DNA of 64,000 nt, taken from contig NC_068991.1 of the NCBI RefSeq assembly GCF_001194135.2, forward strand, positions 60,677,618 through 60,741,617, given 5' to 3'. Under the pieces are notes generated by a model that was given only the letters and a program-made list of their open reading frames with translations, had not been told where the DNA came from and ran no database searches. A program made the position numbers and the translations under genes. Source of the DNA: Octopus bimaculoides. Taxonomy: Eukaryota. Below are positions 1 through 12,403 of this stretch, piece by piece (position 1 is the first letter of the stretch; each line of letters begins with the position of its first letter).

Positions 1-485
1 CTGTTTGAGAATGCATTGGGAACAGAGAGAGAGAGAGAGAGACACACACACACACACAGGACATCACTCTTGTAATGCAACACTGTAATTTTAGTTCAAA
101 TTGAAAGTGTGAAACTATTTTCACTTTCTAATGAAACCAAATCGTTGTAGAGCAGTGTCTTTCAAATAACTATAGCTGGTTGTTCAGATAACATGGAATA
201 TATGTAAATGAAAATATAGTTTACTTCTTAGCTGAAAGATTACCAAATCTTTTGATATCCCATATGTCAAAATTGGCAACTCAGTTTTCGAATGCATAAG
301 AAACATACACGTACACACACAGAAGCTCTATTATATATATATATGTGTGTGTATGTATGTATGTATGCATGTGTGCACGTGCGTGTGTGTATGTATGTAT
401 GTGTGCACATGCATGTGTGTATGTATGTATGTTTGCAAGTATACAAATGTCTAAAATAAATTTTGTTCATTTTAATGTCTTCCAG

Positions 486-845
486 ATTGACCCCTTTGGA
501 ACCTCAATATTGCATTCTTGGGGACAAGTGAGCAGCAGTTGTTGGGCCCCATTTTCAGACAATCCAGACGAGCGTTGGGTTCTTTACACAACAAGTAGTG
601 CATTTGGCCTTTTGGACAATTTTGCATTAATACGAAATTTCAAGCCGCGTTATGGAGAAAATTTTTATATTGCTGATTACAATTTGGGCAAAACGTTTTC
701 TTGGACATGTGCCTGGAATCAAAATACAAAGCAGTTCAGTGTTGGAGCCGAGAAAACAGCCTATCTCCTGGATGTGGAAACCAAAAAGAAATGGGAATTA
801 AACTCACGTATGAGTGACGTCTTATCTCAAGTATTTGCTCAGCAG
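486..845 (+). CDS. DCAF4: DCAF4-like coding exon (IDPFG...[11 protein letters not shown])
   Basis: tccag acceptor at 485, 360-nt open frame, CAG|gtaatt donor. Confidence 0.85.
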
Positions 846-1187
846 GTAATTTCTATGTACAGTTATATTAATGTTCTAACATATCTAAGATGTCTAAATT
901 GACTGTTACTTCAGTGACAGATTTTTATTTATTCCAGTTTAAATTTCAGGTATTTTAGACAAGTTTTCCTTATTCTTTTACTTGTTTCGGTCATTTGACT
1001 GTGGCCATGCTGGATCACCACCTTTAGTCGAGCAGGACTTATTCTTTGTAAGCCTAGTACTTATTCTTTTGTCTTTAGGTCTCTTTTGTCGAACCACTAA
1101 GTTACGGGGACGTAAACACACCAGCACTGGTTGTCAAGTGATATTGGAGGGAACAAACACAGACACACAAACATATATACACACATG

Positions 1188-1265
<78 letters not shown>

Positions 1266-4200
1266 CACACATCATCATCATCATCATCATCATCGTCCAC
1301 TTTCCATGCTGGCATGGATTGAATAGTTTGACTGGGGACTAGTGAGCCAGATGGCTGCACCAGGCTCCAATCTTATTTGGCAGTTTCTACAGCTGGATGC
1401 CCTTCCTAACACCAACCTCTCCGAGAGTGTAGTTATATATATATATATATGATGGGCTTCTTTCAGTTTCTATCTACCAAATCCACTTACAAAGCTTTGG
1501 TTGGCCCGAGGTTATAGTAGAAGACACTTGCCCAAGGTGCCATGCAGTGGGACAAGGCCATCCTTGTCACATTCTGTGTCACGTTGAATCTCCTTGTAAA
1601 CTACAGTAAGGGTACACATGTCTGTGGAGTACTCAGCCACCTGCATGTTAATTTCACAAGCAGGTTATTCTGTTCATCAGATCAACTGGAACTCTTGTCA
1701 TTGAAACTGACAAAGTGCCAGTTTGATTTTTTTTTTTTTTTTNNNNNNNNNNTTTTTTGTGGAGAGGGTTATTGTTTAGCTGGAAAATGTGTAGATTAAT
1801 GGGCTTGGAATGATGATGGTGATCCATTAAATTTATGGTTGTGCATGACAAACTGTTTCTAGAGATTATTTAATTTACCTGTTGGTTATACTTTGAATTT
1901 AATGATTGCATTTATCTTTTGTCTTTATTACTCATCTAGACCGATTCAACCCTGGTTCATGGAACTCGTCAAGGTGACATTTTGGTTCATGACCTCAGAA
2001 TTCAGTCTTCCAAGCATGCTGCTGTGATGGAGCAACATAATCCTGTATGTTCTCTGAACTCCTTACAGAACGGTTATCATGTGATAGCTGCTGATTTCAA
2101 AGGACAAGTAAGTTTGCTTTCACACATAAGCGTTCCAATTTACACACCACTACTGTAGGTTTGTATTCATAAAACAATACTATATAATTAGATATTTTCA
2201 TACATCAATTAGAGGGAATAAAGGATAAAGAACCTTTCTAAGTCATATAGTCTCATACAGCCGGTTCCCTGTTTTCCGTGGCGCACATGTTTCCCCCTGG
2301 ATGGGACACCAGTCTGTCACAGAATTGCTCATTTTTTACCATTGCTCTGCAACAAGGAAAGCCAAAACAAAAAAAAAGAGCCTTCACATGGCTGCAGACC
2401 ATGTAAAAAATACTGGTGATGGTGTCATTTAAAAAGTACCTAGTATGCACTGTGAAGTGCATACTAGGTACTTAGGAAGGGCATCCAGCCGTAGAAACCA
2501 AGCCGAAACAGACAATGGCACTTGGTATGGCCCCTGGCCTTGCCAGTTCCTATCAGGCCATCCAACCTATGCCACCAACATGGAAAACAGCTAATAAATG
2601 TTGATGAGGATGATGTTGATATATAATGCCTGTTTTCTATGCTGGGCATTGGTTGGATGGTTTGAAAGTATCTGGTGAGTTATAGGGCTGCATTGAGTTC
2701 CAATGTCAGTTTTGGCATAGTTTTCTATGATTGGAAAACCACAATATGTAGCCTTTTAGTCTATAATACATGACCAACTGAGCTACTTCAACTAGCTGTA
2801 ATTCGACTCATAATTTATGGTAATGCAGGTGCGGGTGTGGCTGTGTAATGAAGTTTGCTTCCTAATTGCATGGTTTCAGGCTCAGTCCCACTGCATGTCA
2901 CCTTGGGCAAGTGTCTTCTACTATAGCCCAAGGCCAACCAAAGCCTTTTGAGTGGATTTCAGAGACACAAACTGAAAGAAGCCTGTATGTGTGTGTATGA
3001 GTGTGATTGTTGTAAATGAATTTCGTTCATTCCCAATATTCTTCAAAAACATATTTGGACATGGGGAAATATTGCCTTGCTTGGAAGCAGGTAAGGGTTG
3101 GCAACAAGAAGGACATCTGGCCATAGAAAACTTGCCTCAATAAACTGTCTGACCCATACAAACTTGAAAAAGTGGATGTTAAAACAATGGCGTTGAAGGT
3201 AATTAAGTGGAAGAAATTATAGAATGTCAAATTAATTGTACAACAGTATTCATTTGGGGTTTTGCAGAATTCAAATCTCATTGGAATATATTCTGTTTTC
3301 ATCCCTCCAGATACATTAAAATAAATATCATGGTTTTCTCTCATTTGTAAATGTCTTTTTTTTTCTCTTTTTTCTCCAGATAAAATTATGGGATTTCCGC
3401 AAGAAACGTACCCTACACGAGTACACTGGCCATGTCAATAAACACTGTCATCTTCCTGTGCATATTGATCACTCAGAACGTTTCTTATATGCAGGTAACT
3501 ATTTCTTTATATTTTTCTACTTTGTTTTTCCTTTTTTTTTCTGCTTTGTTACATTTTTGTCTGTTTTTTTTTTTATATCTACTCTTAGAGTTAGATAGAT
3601 ATTCAAATTTAAAGATTTGCATGTTTTTAGAGTAGTATACAAGATAGGTCAACCACTGGAGCTGTTGCTGTTTTTGTTGTTGCTTAGAGCTTTACTCCAC
3701 CCCAGTCAGTCCTGATTGTGCATACCTATAATTTAAGAAGTTCAAATATTGATCATCACATCAATTTTTTTTAAGGTTTACTGTATCCAAGACTACATTA
3801 ACACATGCATGCCAGGGTGTGATTTGAGGTAAATTAGGCTGTTATTTCTAACAGATTTGGTGACCATGAATAGCTACTTTGTTGACACTACTGACATTTT
3901 TATCTGTGTGTATCTCTGTGTTGTGTTTATTCCCCACAGTTGTCTGACAACCAACGTTGGTTTGTTTATATCCCTGTGACCTAGCCATTTGACAAAAGAG
4001 ACCGAAATAAAGTACCAAAGTCAATTTATTCGACGTAAAACCTTTGAAGGTGGTGCCCCAGCATGGCTGCAGTCAAATGACTGAAACAAGTAAAAGAAAG
4101 ATATATAACAATAATTCATTAGGAGCATAGTCATGAAAGACGTAAGAAAAAGATGTAAAAAAAATTATGACTTTTTAAAAAAAATTTTAAAATAAAAACT

Positions 4201-4436
4201 GTAAATAATCTCACGATTTTATTTATATTTCAGTGGGCCAAGACTGTTACTCAAGGTTCTGGGATATGAAGACTGGTATCTTATTAAAAAGCATACCACC
4301 ACCTCATCCATGTTCTCTGGACTTTATTCCTGCCATCCATTATTCAGACCATTGGGCTGGTCTCCATGGTAATTCTGCTATGCTGATGGCAATAAAAGAT
4401 GAATTTCACTTATATGCATGTGATATATCAGAGTGA
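486..4436 (+). CDS. DCAF4: DDB1- and CUL4-associated factor 4 (WDR21)-like, 3' part; 5' exons lie upstream of the window
   Basis: Exons 486-845, 1940-2107, 3380-3494 and 4234-4436 all have AG/GT boundaries and join in frame (846 nt, 281 aa + TGA). The protein follows the human DCAF4 C-terminus as I recall it: SDVLSQVFA~[22 protein letters not shown]~GCRSGEIFAIDLR, IKLWDFR..YTGHVN~[23 protein letters not shown]~VGQDCYTRIW. Confidence 0.88.
975..1545 (-). mobile_element. Composite tRNA-derived SINE (family C here), interrupted by an RTE-type 3' tail at about 1270-1432
   Basis: Head half (reverse of ...caccttgggcaagtgtcttctactatagc...gaagccc) and tail half (reverse of ...gctggtgtgtttacgtcccc...cagcatggccgcagtcaaatgactgaaac) flank a (TA)n tract that holds the RTE tail. 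Confidence 0.8.
1940..2107 (+). CDS. DCAF4: DCAF4-like coding exon ([20 protein letters not shown]...ADFKGQ)
   Basis: ctag acceptor, gtaagt donor, DxR-type WD motif, phase 0/0. Confidence 0.88.
3010..3200 (+). mobile_element. Short retroposon with a diverged RTE-type tail (family D)
   Basis: ...ggttggcaacaagaaggacatctggccatagaaaacttgcctcaa...ccatacaaacttgaaaaagtggatgttaaa. Related copies at about 7020-7200(-), 8400-8560, 12700-12830, 33690-33830, 35620-35800 and 49590-49790(-). Confidence 0.6.
3380..3494 (+). CDS. DCAF4: DCAF4-like coding exon (IKLWDFRKK...RFLYA)
   Basis: Long pyrimidine tract + ccag, WDxR motif, G|gtaact donor. Confidence 0.9.
4234..4436 (+). CDS. DCAF4: DCAF4-like terminal coding exon ([10 protein letters not shown]...DISE*)
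   Basis: ttcag acceptor; split codon G|TG gives V; TGA at 4434-4436. AATAAA at 4504-4509 is a possible poly(A) signal. Confidence 0.9.
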
Positions 4437-4613
4437 TCTATATATTTTTTTATCAATTCATTTAAGACACGGAAAGAGAAAAGAAACCACGGATACTTAT
4501 GGAAATAAATATTGCATTTTGTTTGGTTGTTTTATTCATTTTCTAAAATTATATTTGTGTGTGTGTGTACAAACTGTCCAACCCATGCCAGCATGGAATG
4601 TTAAATGATAATG

Positions 4614-4650
<37 letters not shown>

Positions 4651-4934
4651 CATACAGTCAACAGGTGAGATCCAGAGATGATTAATATAGAAAACATGTA
4701 GTGTTCAAATGATTTGAACTTATTCTCCAAAGTCTTTTTTGAGGACTAAGTTTGCTACAAGAGGAATACAGATGAGCTGATATGAAGATAGTGATGCAAA
4801 TTAACATGCATGGGTTTGATATATAAAATATGCATACATACATATACACATGTGCATCAGCATGGCCGCAGCTCTGAGCTGAAACTAGAGGGGAAAAAAT
4901 ATAAATATAGGGATACCCCTGTACTGGCGACACA

Positions 4935-5410
4935 TGGGGTGCACCATTTTGGGCGTGGCCGTTGCCAGTGCCGCCTGGCTGGCCTTTGCGGGATTTTCGA
5001 TCAGGATCGTTGCCGGTGCCCCTGGACTGGCTCTTGTGCGGGTGACACATGAAATGCACCATTTTGAGCGTGACCGTTGCCAGGGCCGCCTGGCTGGCCT
5101 TCGTGGGATTTTCGAGCGAGATCGTTGCCAGTGCCCCTGGACTGGCTTTTGTGCGGGTGGCACATAAATTGCACCATTTTGAGCATGGCCGTTGCCAGTA
5201 CCGCCTGACTAGCCTTCGTGCGGGTGACACGTAAAAGCACCCACTACACTCTGAGTGGTTGGCGTTAGGAAGGGCATCCAGCTGTAGAAACTCTGCCAAA
5301 TCAGATTGGAGCCTGGTGTAGCCATCTGGTTTCACCAGTACTCAGTCAAATCGTCCAACCCATGCTAGCATGGAAAGCGGTTGTTAAACGAAGATGATGA
5401 TGATGATGAT
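4935..5410 (+). mobile_element. RTE-LINE 3' UTR copy (family A) with a 115-bp tandem array and (GAT)n tail
   Basis: tgcaccattttg units start at 4940, 5055 and 5170; conserved tail ...gggcatccagctgtagaaac...ccatgctagcatggaaagcgg..ttaaacgatgatgat. Confidence 0.85.
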
Positions 5411-5688
5411 ATGTATAGAGAGAAACAAGAATTAAAAATATTAAGAAAATGAACACTTGTGTGTAAGCATGTAGATATATATTTACAGAACAAATTTACA
5501 AAGAGTACAAAAAAATCTGGATAACTAAGAGTATTTTAGGTCCGACAGCTGTTTCTAAAGGCTCAGAATTATGTAAAAGTTGCAATGTTGGTAGATGGAG
5601 TGTGCAAAAAGTTGATATGCAACCAATAGTGGATGCATATGAACATTGCCATAAACCCAGCCAACGTTATCAAAGTGGAAAGATTGGC

Positions 5689-5778
5689 AACTAGCAGTTC
5701 AGATCATAATGCGAGAGAATTTAAGAGTAGAATATTTTGCCCTTAAATTCTTTCACATTATAATCTGAACTGCTGGTT
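5689..5778. repeat. 90-bp imperfect palindrome
   Basis: Self-complementary around aatatt (5731-5736); all 7 deviations are transitions. Confidence 0.85.
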
Positions 5779-6699
5779 ACTGATCTTCCTACCCAGATGA
5801 TGGAGGCCGAGTTAACAGTAATGTTTATATGTGTCCACTAATGGCAACCTGAAATTTGAATGATCTTCAAATATAACAAGTAAAAATGTGCTATCATGCA
5901 TAAAGGTGGTAGACTTCAAACCAGATATTTTAATATCTGAATGTGTGAATAATGTCAGACAGCTGTAGTAAATGCAAAGATTCCCACAAAGAGAATCAGT
6001 CACGATTGAATAGCCTCGGGATTAAAAGCTTTCCAGTCATGGACATCTCTTTTCATTGGCACAAAAATCTACATTATCTATGTATGGTGTGATATGAGAG
6101 AGATTCAGCTACTCTTTCTAGAATGTTATGTGATCACTTAGAAGCTACCTTGTGGCTAAGAGGAACTAGCCCTTTGCTCAACTTAGAGCTCATGGGTGTT
6201 GTGGTCAGTGGGGAACCTGGGGTGTCATAAAGCTCCTCGCTAACTACAACATTCTTTCTTCCTCAAAACAAACAACTCTTAGGAATTCCCTTCCTATACA
6301 TCTTTCCTACAGCCACTTCAATTTCTCTGGTCTTGAAGGGCTTGCAAAGGCCGTCAACGCTGGCCAGCTGCTTGGTAGACCCAAAGGTACACAACACTGA
6401 TGAGATGCAGCATGTTGAAACACTGGGGTCCCCAAATCCTCTGCACCAATGTGTCAAGTGTGTTGAACATACTGTTGTCAAAAGAGTTTGTCTCCTTGAT
6501 GTACATTACAAAGATTAGCATATTTTGCTTTTCAACCTGTCTGAATGTATCAAGAATAAACATACAATCAATTATGATCTTGCTGTACACAGTTCAAACA
6601 ATGATTCTATAACCCCAAAGGAATTTTAATTTAAAACTTAATTCCTCTTTTGTTATTTGACATCAAATAGACAGGTCTTGTTAAAGAAACACCACTTAC

Positions 6700-6970
6700 A
6701 AGAATTTGCCAAATGTCAGTGGAAACAATATAGGTGGTATCAAGATGGGAGATTAATTGAGTCAAAAGTGCTTGAATGGAGTGACATGAAGTTTGCCAGT
6801 TTTAGATGGCAAAGACCATTGTAGTAGAGGTAGAAAAGTCTGAGAAAGAGAAGATACAGCATATCTGTGAGAAGGATAATAGTGTTGGGGTAAGTGACTT
6901 CATGCTAATAGTTGGGTAACCTTTCTTTCGATGTTTGTGTGTAAAGCAGAAGCATCTTCGTAGATGTCAA
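6700..6970 (-). mobile_element. Old CR1/L2-type LINE C-terminal remnant
   Basis: Frameshifted HRYAVSSL...FYLYYNGLC resembles the HRR.VSSL.LFY.YYNG.C motif. Confidence 0.55.
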
Positions 6971-7929
6971 AGCAGTACTCCATTATGAATCTCACCCTAA
7001 CTTACTTCGTCATCATCATTCAATGTCTACTTTTCTATGCTTGTAAGCATCAGACAGAATTTGTTAAGACAAATTTTCTGCAGCTGGATGTCCTTCCTGT
7101 CACCAACCCTTACCTGTTTTCAAACATGGTATTATTTTTTTTCCATTGCTAGATATATTTTTCATGAAACAACATAGCTTGTATAGCAATGATGCTCACA
7201 GCCATCACATGATGTCTAGCCATACATATACATATATACATACATATACATATATGTAATGGGCATCTTTCAGTTTCTTTGTACCAAGGCTTTGGTTGAC
7301 TCATGACTATAGCAAAAGATATCCAAAGCGCCTTGCAGAGAGAATTAACCTAAGGTCACATGCTTGGGAAGCAAGCTTCTTAACCATACAGCCATGTCTG
7401 TGTTAGCAACAGAAGCATTTTCTGTGATGCAGTTGAGGATACATGCTGAACATATGGGCCCCTCCGTGAGGGTTCAGTCTAACTCAAAAGAGCCTAAATA
7501 GATTCAGAAGCATTCAGTTAAATGTAATGACTTTTTATATCTAAAAGAGCCCATCAAATCAAAAGAGAGTTCAATAATTCAAAAAGAACTGTGGATTAAA
7601 AAAATTAATGTTTGACTGCTGGAAATATATTTCAAAATTTTTAATGCCAAGTTTTAGGTTTTCCTGAGTTAAACGAGCCCCCATAGCTTGGTATCCTCCT
7701 AGTTTGGGGGCCTCTGGGCCATGGCACTTATTGGTCCATACATAAATCCAGCCCTGAACATTATTAGAGCCAGTAGATTTTTGTGGAATTTGAAGCAACT
7801 GGTGGGACCTTAGCTCTTGCATCTATGTGTGTATGGTGGTGAATGTGAAGATGGAATGATTTGAATGAATATTTTGTAGAGACATAAAGCTATTTTGTTA
7901 AGTAGAAACAAAGAGGTCAGCTTTTGTGA

Positions 7930-8145
7930 GCTGGCGGAGACGTTAGCACGCTGGACGAAATTCTCAGTGGTATTTTGTCTGTCTTTACGTTCTGAGTTCA
8001 AATTCTGCCAAGGTTGACTTTGCCTTTCATCCTTTTGGGGTCGATAAATTAAGTACCAGTTATGCACTGGGGTCGATATAATCGACTTAATCCCTTTGTC
8101 TGTCCCCTCTATGTTTAGCCCCTTGTGGGCAATAAAGAAATAAGA
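7930..8145 (+). mobile_element. tRNA-derived SINE family B (Meta-domain-like core)
   Basis: gagctggcggagacgttagc head, gttcaaattc B-box-like motif, core gactttgcctttcatccttttggggtcgataaattaagtaccagt. Flanked by the imperfect direct repeat aggtcag(c/t)ttttgtga (7914-7929 and 8153-8168). The Meta-SINE resemblance is from memory and not verified. Confidence 0.8.
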
Positions 8146-8321
8146 AACAGAAAGGTCAGTTTTTGTGACCATAGGTGCCAGTGTGGCTGGGTAATATGAA
8201 GTTTGCTTCTCCACCACATAGTTTCAGGTTCAGTCCCACAGTGTGACCCCTTGGGCAAGTTTCTTCTACTATAGCCCTGGGTTTACCAAAGCCTTGTGAG
8301 TGGATCTGAGTGGAAGCCTGT

Positions 8322-8379
<58 letters not shown>

Positions 8380-9373
8380 GGGTGGGGGAGTATTATTGTT
8401 TCTTTGCATGATAGACAAACGAGTGTTACTGTCATGCAAGGGGTGTTTTGAAGTTGAGGATTGGTGACAGGAAGGGTACATGGTCATAGAAAGTCTGTCT
8501 CAACATATTCCGTCTGACTCATACAAGCATATGGAAAGGTGAACGTTAAAAAAATGATAACGCTGAGCGTATACCATTGTTACTTATTTTATAAACATGG
8601 AGTAGAAAGTAGGTACTTGTGCTATATCGATCTTGAATTGATAGGCTATATTTTTTTGCCTCTTGCTCCAGAAGTAACCCTTCATCAGGATAAAACAAGG
8701 AAAAGAAAAAAAGTCACCAAACCAAAAGTTAATTTTCAGTAAATAACAGCGCGATTAAAAACGTAAATTTCTGTGACTAGCCACGATGTAGGTTCTGAGT
8801 GGTCGCACTACCTTCTAGAAATAGCAGCTAAATCTAGTTCATATCACACCATACGTGGCTAGTTATAGTCCATAGTGGCAGTAAAAAGATGGCTGGAAAG
8901 TCTTTGAACAATCATGGTTGATCTGCGTTAAAAAAACTACAACCAGACCTAGAAATAGCAGCTAAGTTTCCCTCACATCACATTGTACATGGTTAATATT
9001 TCTGTTTTGAGTTCAAATATCACCTTTTGAGGTCGATAAAATAAGTACCATTTGAGCACTGAGGTCGATATTATCGACTTAGCTCCCCATCGACCCCGAA
9101 ATTGCTGGCCCTGTACTAAAATTTGAAAGCAACACTTTTTTGAGCTATTAAGATGGATGGGCATGGCTGGAAAGCCTTTGAATATGAAGTTACTCGATCT
9201 TGGCCGACCTGGGTTAAACAACAACGACAAGAGCAACAACATATAAAGTGAAATTTAATTTAAAACGTAATTCTTCTTCCTTTTTAGGTTGGTGTCAGAT
9301 GAACAAATCTGGTTTATAGGCGACATCTCATCTGGAAGAACTTGTCAAAAGTCGAGATTTGTGTTCAGTGAAA

Positions 9374-9383
9374 TCTCGCGAGA
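9374..9383. promoter_or_regulatory. TCTCGCGAGA palindrome (CGCG element) in the putative DCAF5 promoter
   Basis: Exact 10-bp palindrome about 145 bp upstream of the DCAF5 ATG in a locally CpG-retaining stretch. It matches the vertebrate housekeeping-promoter motif. Function here is inferred. Confidence 0.5.
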
Positions 9384-9526
9384 AGAGAGTAGCCATGTTG
9401 TGAAGTGGTTGAACCAAAACATGTCGTCTGTGTAATCAATGAAATGTCTCTCTGTTGTTTATTTGTCAGTGATGTTTTCTACTTCAGCTCAACTGCTCTT
9501 TAACGAAGCAGCTAATTAAAAGTGCC

Positions 9527-9935
9527 ATGTCAAACAATATGCGGAAATTTTGCAAGGCTGCACCTCAAAATAGCTCGATTTCGAGCCGTAGTCACGGTGA
9601 TTTTAATAAAACTCATCATCCAAGGACTGGAACCACCAGTGGACATCATAATAACAATCGCCTAACCTCAACGGCCACTGCCAATGCTCCTTCATTAACA
9701 TCACATTCATCTTCCACTTTATCGTCGAGTCCGAAAAGACAGCAAACAGAGTCACTTTTCTCACCTCTTCCATATTTAACTCACCGTTCCACCTATGGCC
9801 ACTCTTTGCAGAGAAAGTTCATCAAAGATCGCCTATATTTTGCTAATAATCTGTACCATAAGGATCTCAAAGCTCACTATGGATGTGTTAATGCTATCGA
9901 ATTCTCCAACAACGGCGGAGAATGGATTGTGTCCG
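9527..9935 (+). CDS. DCAF5: DCAF5 coding exon 1
   Basis: ATG in gccATGt context, TCC G|gtgagt donor, H-box-like [13 protein letters not shown] at 9761-9799. Confidence 0.9.
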
Positions 9936-9960
9936 GTGAGTTGACGAATTTTTAATATAC

Positions 9961-10014
<54 letters not shown>

Positions 10015-10023
10015 ATGTGTGTA

Positions 10024-10075
<52 letters not shown>

Positions 10076-11333
10076 TTTTGTACCCTTGTCCGAAGAGAGT
10101 GAAATAGCTAGCTATTTGTCTTATTAGAAGGTTTGGCTAGCTATTTAGTCTGACAAACCGAACACACACACACACATGTATGTATAGACAAAAAGCTAGA
10201 CAGATAGCTTAGCAATCCTGCTAGCTAGCAAGCGACCTAGCTCGGTGAGTAGGAAGGTAGCTAGCTAGATACAGGGAGGTGCAGATAGATATACGAGATC
10301 CATAGATAGATGTATTAATGGATAAATATGTAGACAGAAGGATAATTAGAGAGACAGTCGAAGACTTATATTGACGGATACATAGTTCAGATTAATGTGG
10401 AATTTCTTTTATTTCCAATATCGATAAAATTAATCTGTTTTCATCAATATACCAATCTATTGCGACTTGGTTATAAGAGTGTCACCTGAGTGTATTATCG
10501 GGTATGATTGGAGTCTCATCTAATTTTTGTCCCTCTTTTGCTTCCTGAGAGTTCCATGTATATTATCTTTATTAATAGTAGCAGTATTATATATTTCATG
10601 AAACTAGTGTTGTTTTGTGTCTTCCTTGTTCTTGTAGCAGATGAAGTTCATCATTCAACATTATTATTATTATTATTATTAAGTTGCTGGCATTTTCCTT
10701 AAATCAGGAACTATTATTATTATTTGCCTTTCATTCTTTCGGGGTCGATGAAATAAATACTAGTTGAGCACTGGAGTCGATATAATCGACGATCCCCCTC
10801 GCCTTCAGGCCTTGTGTCTATAGCAGAAAATTTTGTTGTTATTGTGGGATATGAAGCACGTTTAAAGAACCGAACTAGAGATTTTACCGATATTTAATGG
10901 TGCCTTGATGTTGCCTTGATCCGCTCCCCCATCTTCCGAAGTCACTCGTTGAACTACCAGTAATATACTAGATATCAAGTCCATTTCGATGTCCAGCTCT
11001 CTTTTCATAAACGATTTAATGTCTAGGCCACCACCACTACCATCTCCATTATGGTATGAAATCTACGAAGACGATATTTTGTTAATTGCTGAACTAAATA
11101 AAAATAAAGCCAAAAATTATTGGAAATTACTTCCAGTAATTTTTTTTCTTCTAGAATTTTCAAAAATATCCAATTTGCTTTCGCCAAATTTCAATTTTGT
11201 ACTCGCCTATTTTCTAAACTCTGCTTCAATGCTACCGTTTTACATACTCCATTCTCCGAACCAGCTGATTTACTAAACGTCATTTATTTAAGAGGTCAGA
11301 TCTTGGGCGATGCTGATGGTTTTGCTAACCTCG

Positions 11334-11369
<36 letters not shown>

Positions 11370-12370
11370 CAATTTTTTTTTATGGCCGTCCCAACAAACT
11401 GGAAGAACACAATAGTAGAATGGTTTTATTTAATAGACAAAAGCTTTCTTTTTTTCATCTCCAACACACAAACACACGTGGAAAATAAGCCATGTTAGGT
11501 TTCGTTTATCTCTTAGCGAAACTTTCCAGCTGGTAAACGATATACAAGACATTACTTCATTTTTACTCCCATGTTAGAGAATCTCTGCTATTGTAGTCAT
11601 AGTATTAGTGGTGGTAGTGGTGGAGGTGGTTAAAAAGTATTCTTCTCAAGACATAAAAGGGATCATTTTCTTTTTTGTGAAGAGTGCACGGTATCGTCTA
11701 TTCAGTTCATCCCCACATACTTATTTTATCGATCATTTTGGGATATCGAATGGCGAAAGGATGTGACACGGCACGAAGAGATCCATGTAGAATGTTTAGT
11801 CATAAAAGGAACTTTCTACGTGGCTGCTCGGATTGCTAGAAATAACAGCCAAATATCCATAGACAGATAATCGACCTTATAAAAACAAAGAAAAATAGAT
11901 TGTAAAATATAGCCCTGTATATATAAACCTCTAATGGTTAATATTTAAATCTTTTTCGTCAGTTGTTTGCTCAATGAGGGCTGTTTTGGGTCTTCACAGC
12001 AACAATCTAGTCTGGCTAATACCATCCTTGTTGAAAAAAAAAAAACAATGCTGATTGCGACTGAAATATCACGACGCATTTAGTTTCCTAACTCGAACAC
12101 GTCCTACTCCCATTTCAACATTGCTTAGTTTGTGTGTTTAATTCTAGGTCTCCAAACATGGAATTACGAAATTATTTATATTTTATACAGATGCACATGC
12201 GCGCGTGGTCGTGTGGAAAGAAGTTTGCTTTTCAACGTCATGGTTTTAGGTTCAGTCCCATTGTGTGGCACCTTGGACAGTCGTCTTCTATGATGTAGCC
12301 CCAGGTTGACCAAAGCCTTATGGGTAGATTTGTTACATGGAAACTGAAAGAAACTCATTGTGTATTTATA

Positions 12371-12403
<33 letters not shown>

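Noticed and set aside
4940-5240. Regularly spaced repeats resembling a CRISPR array
   Set aside because: These are contiguous tandem monomers without unique spacers in a eukaryotic retroposon; no cas genes.
6397-6465. CTGATGA...GAAAC...GTC hammerhead boxes
   Set aside because: Stem III (ACAC/GUGU) closes, but stem II does not close at its base and stem I is displaced by 5 nt. Two-box matches are expected by chance in 64 kb.
7930-8010. tRNA-like A/B boxes
   Set aside because: They are SINE heads; no cloverleaf could be drawn, so no tRNA gene is called.
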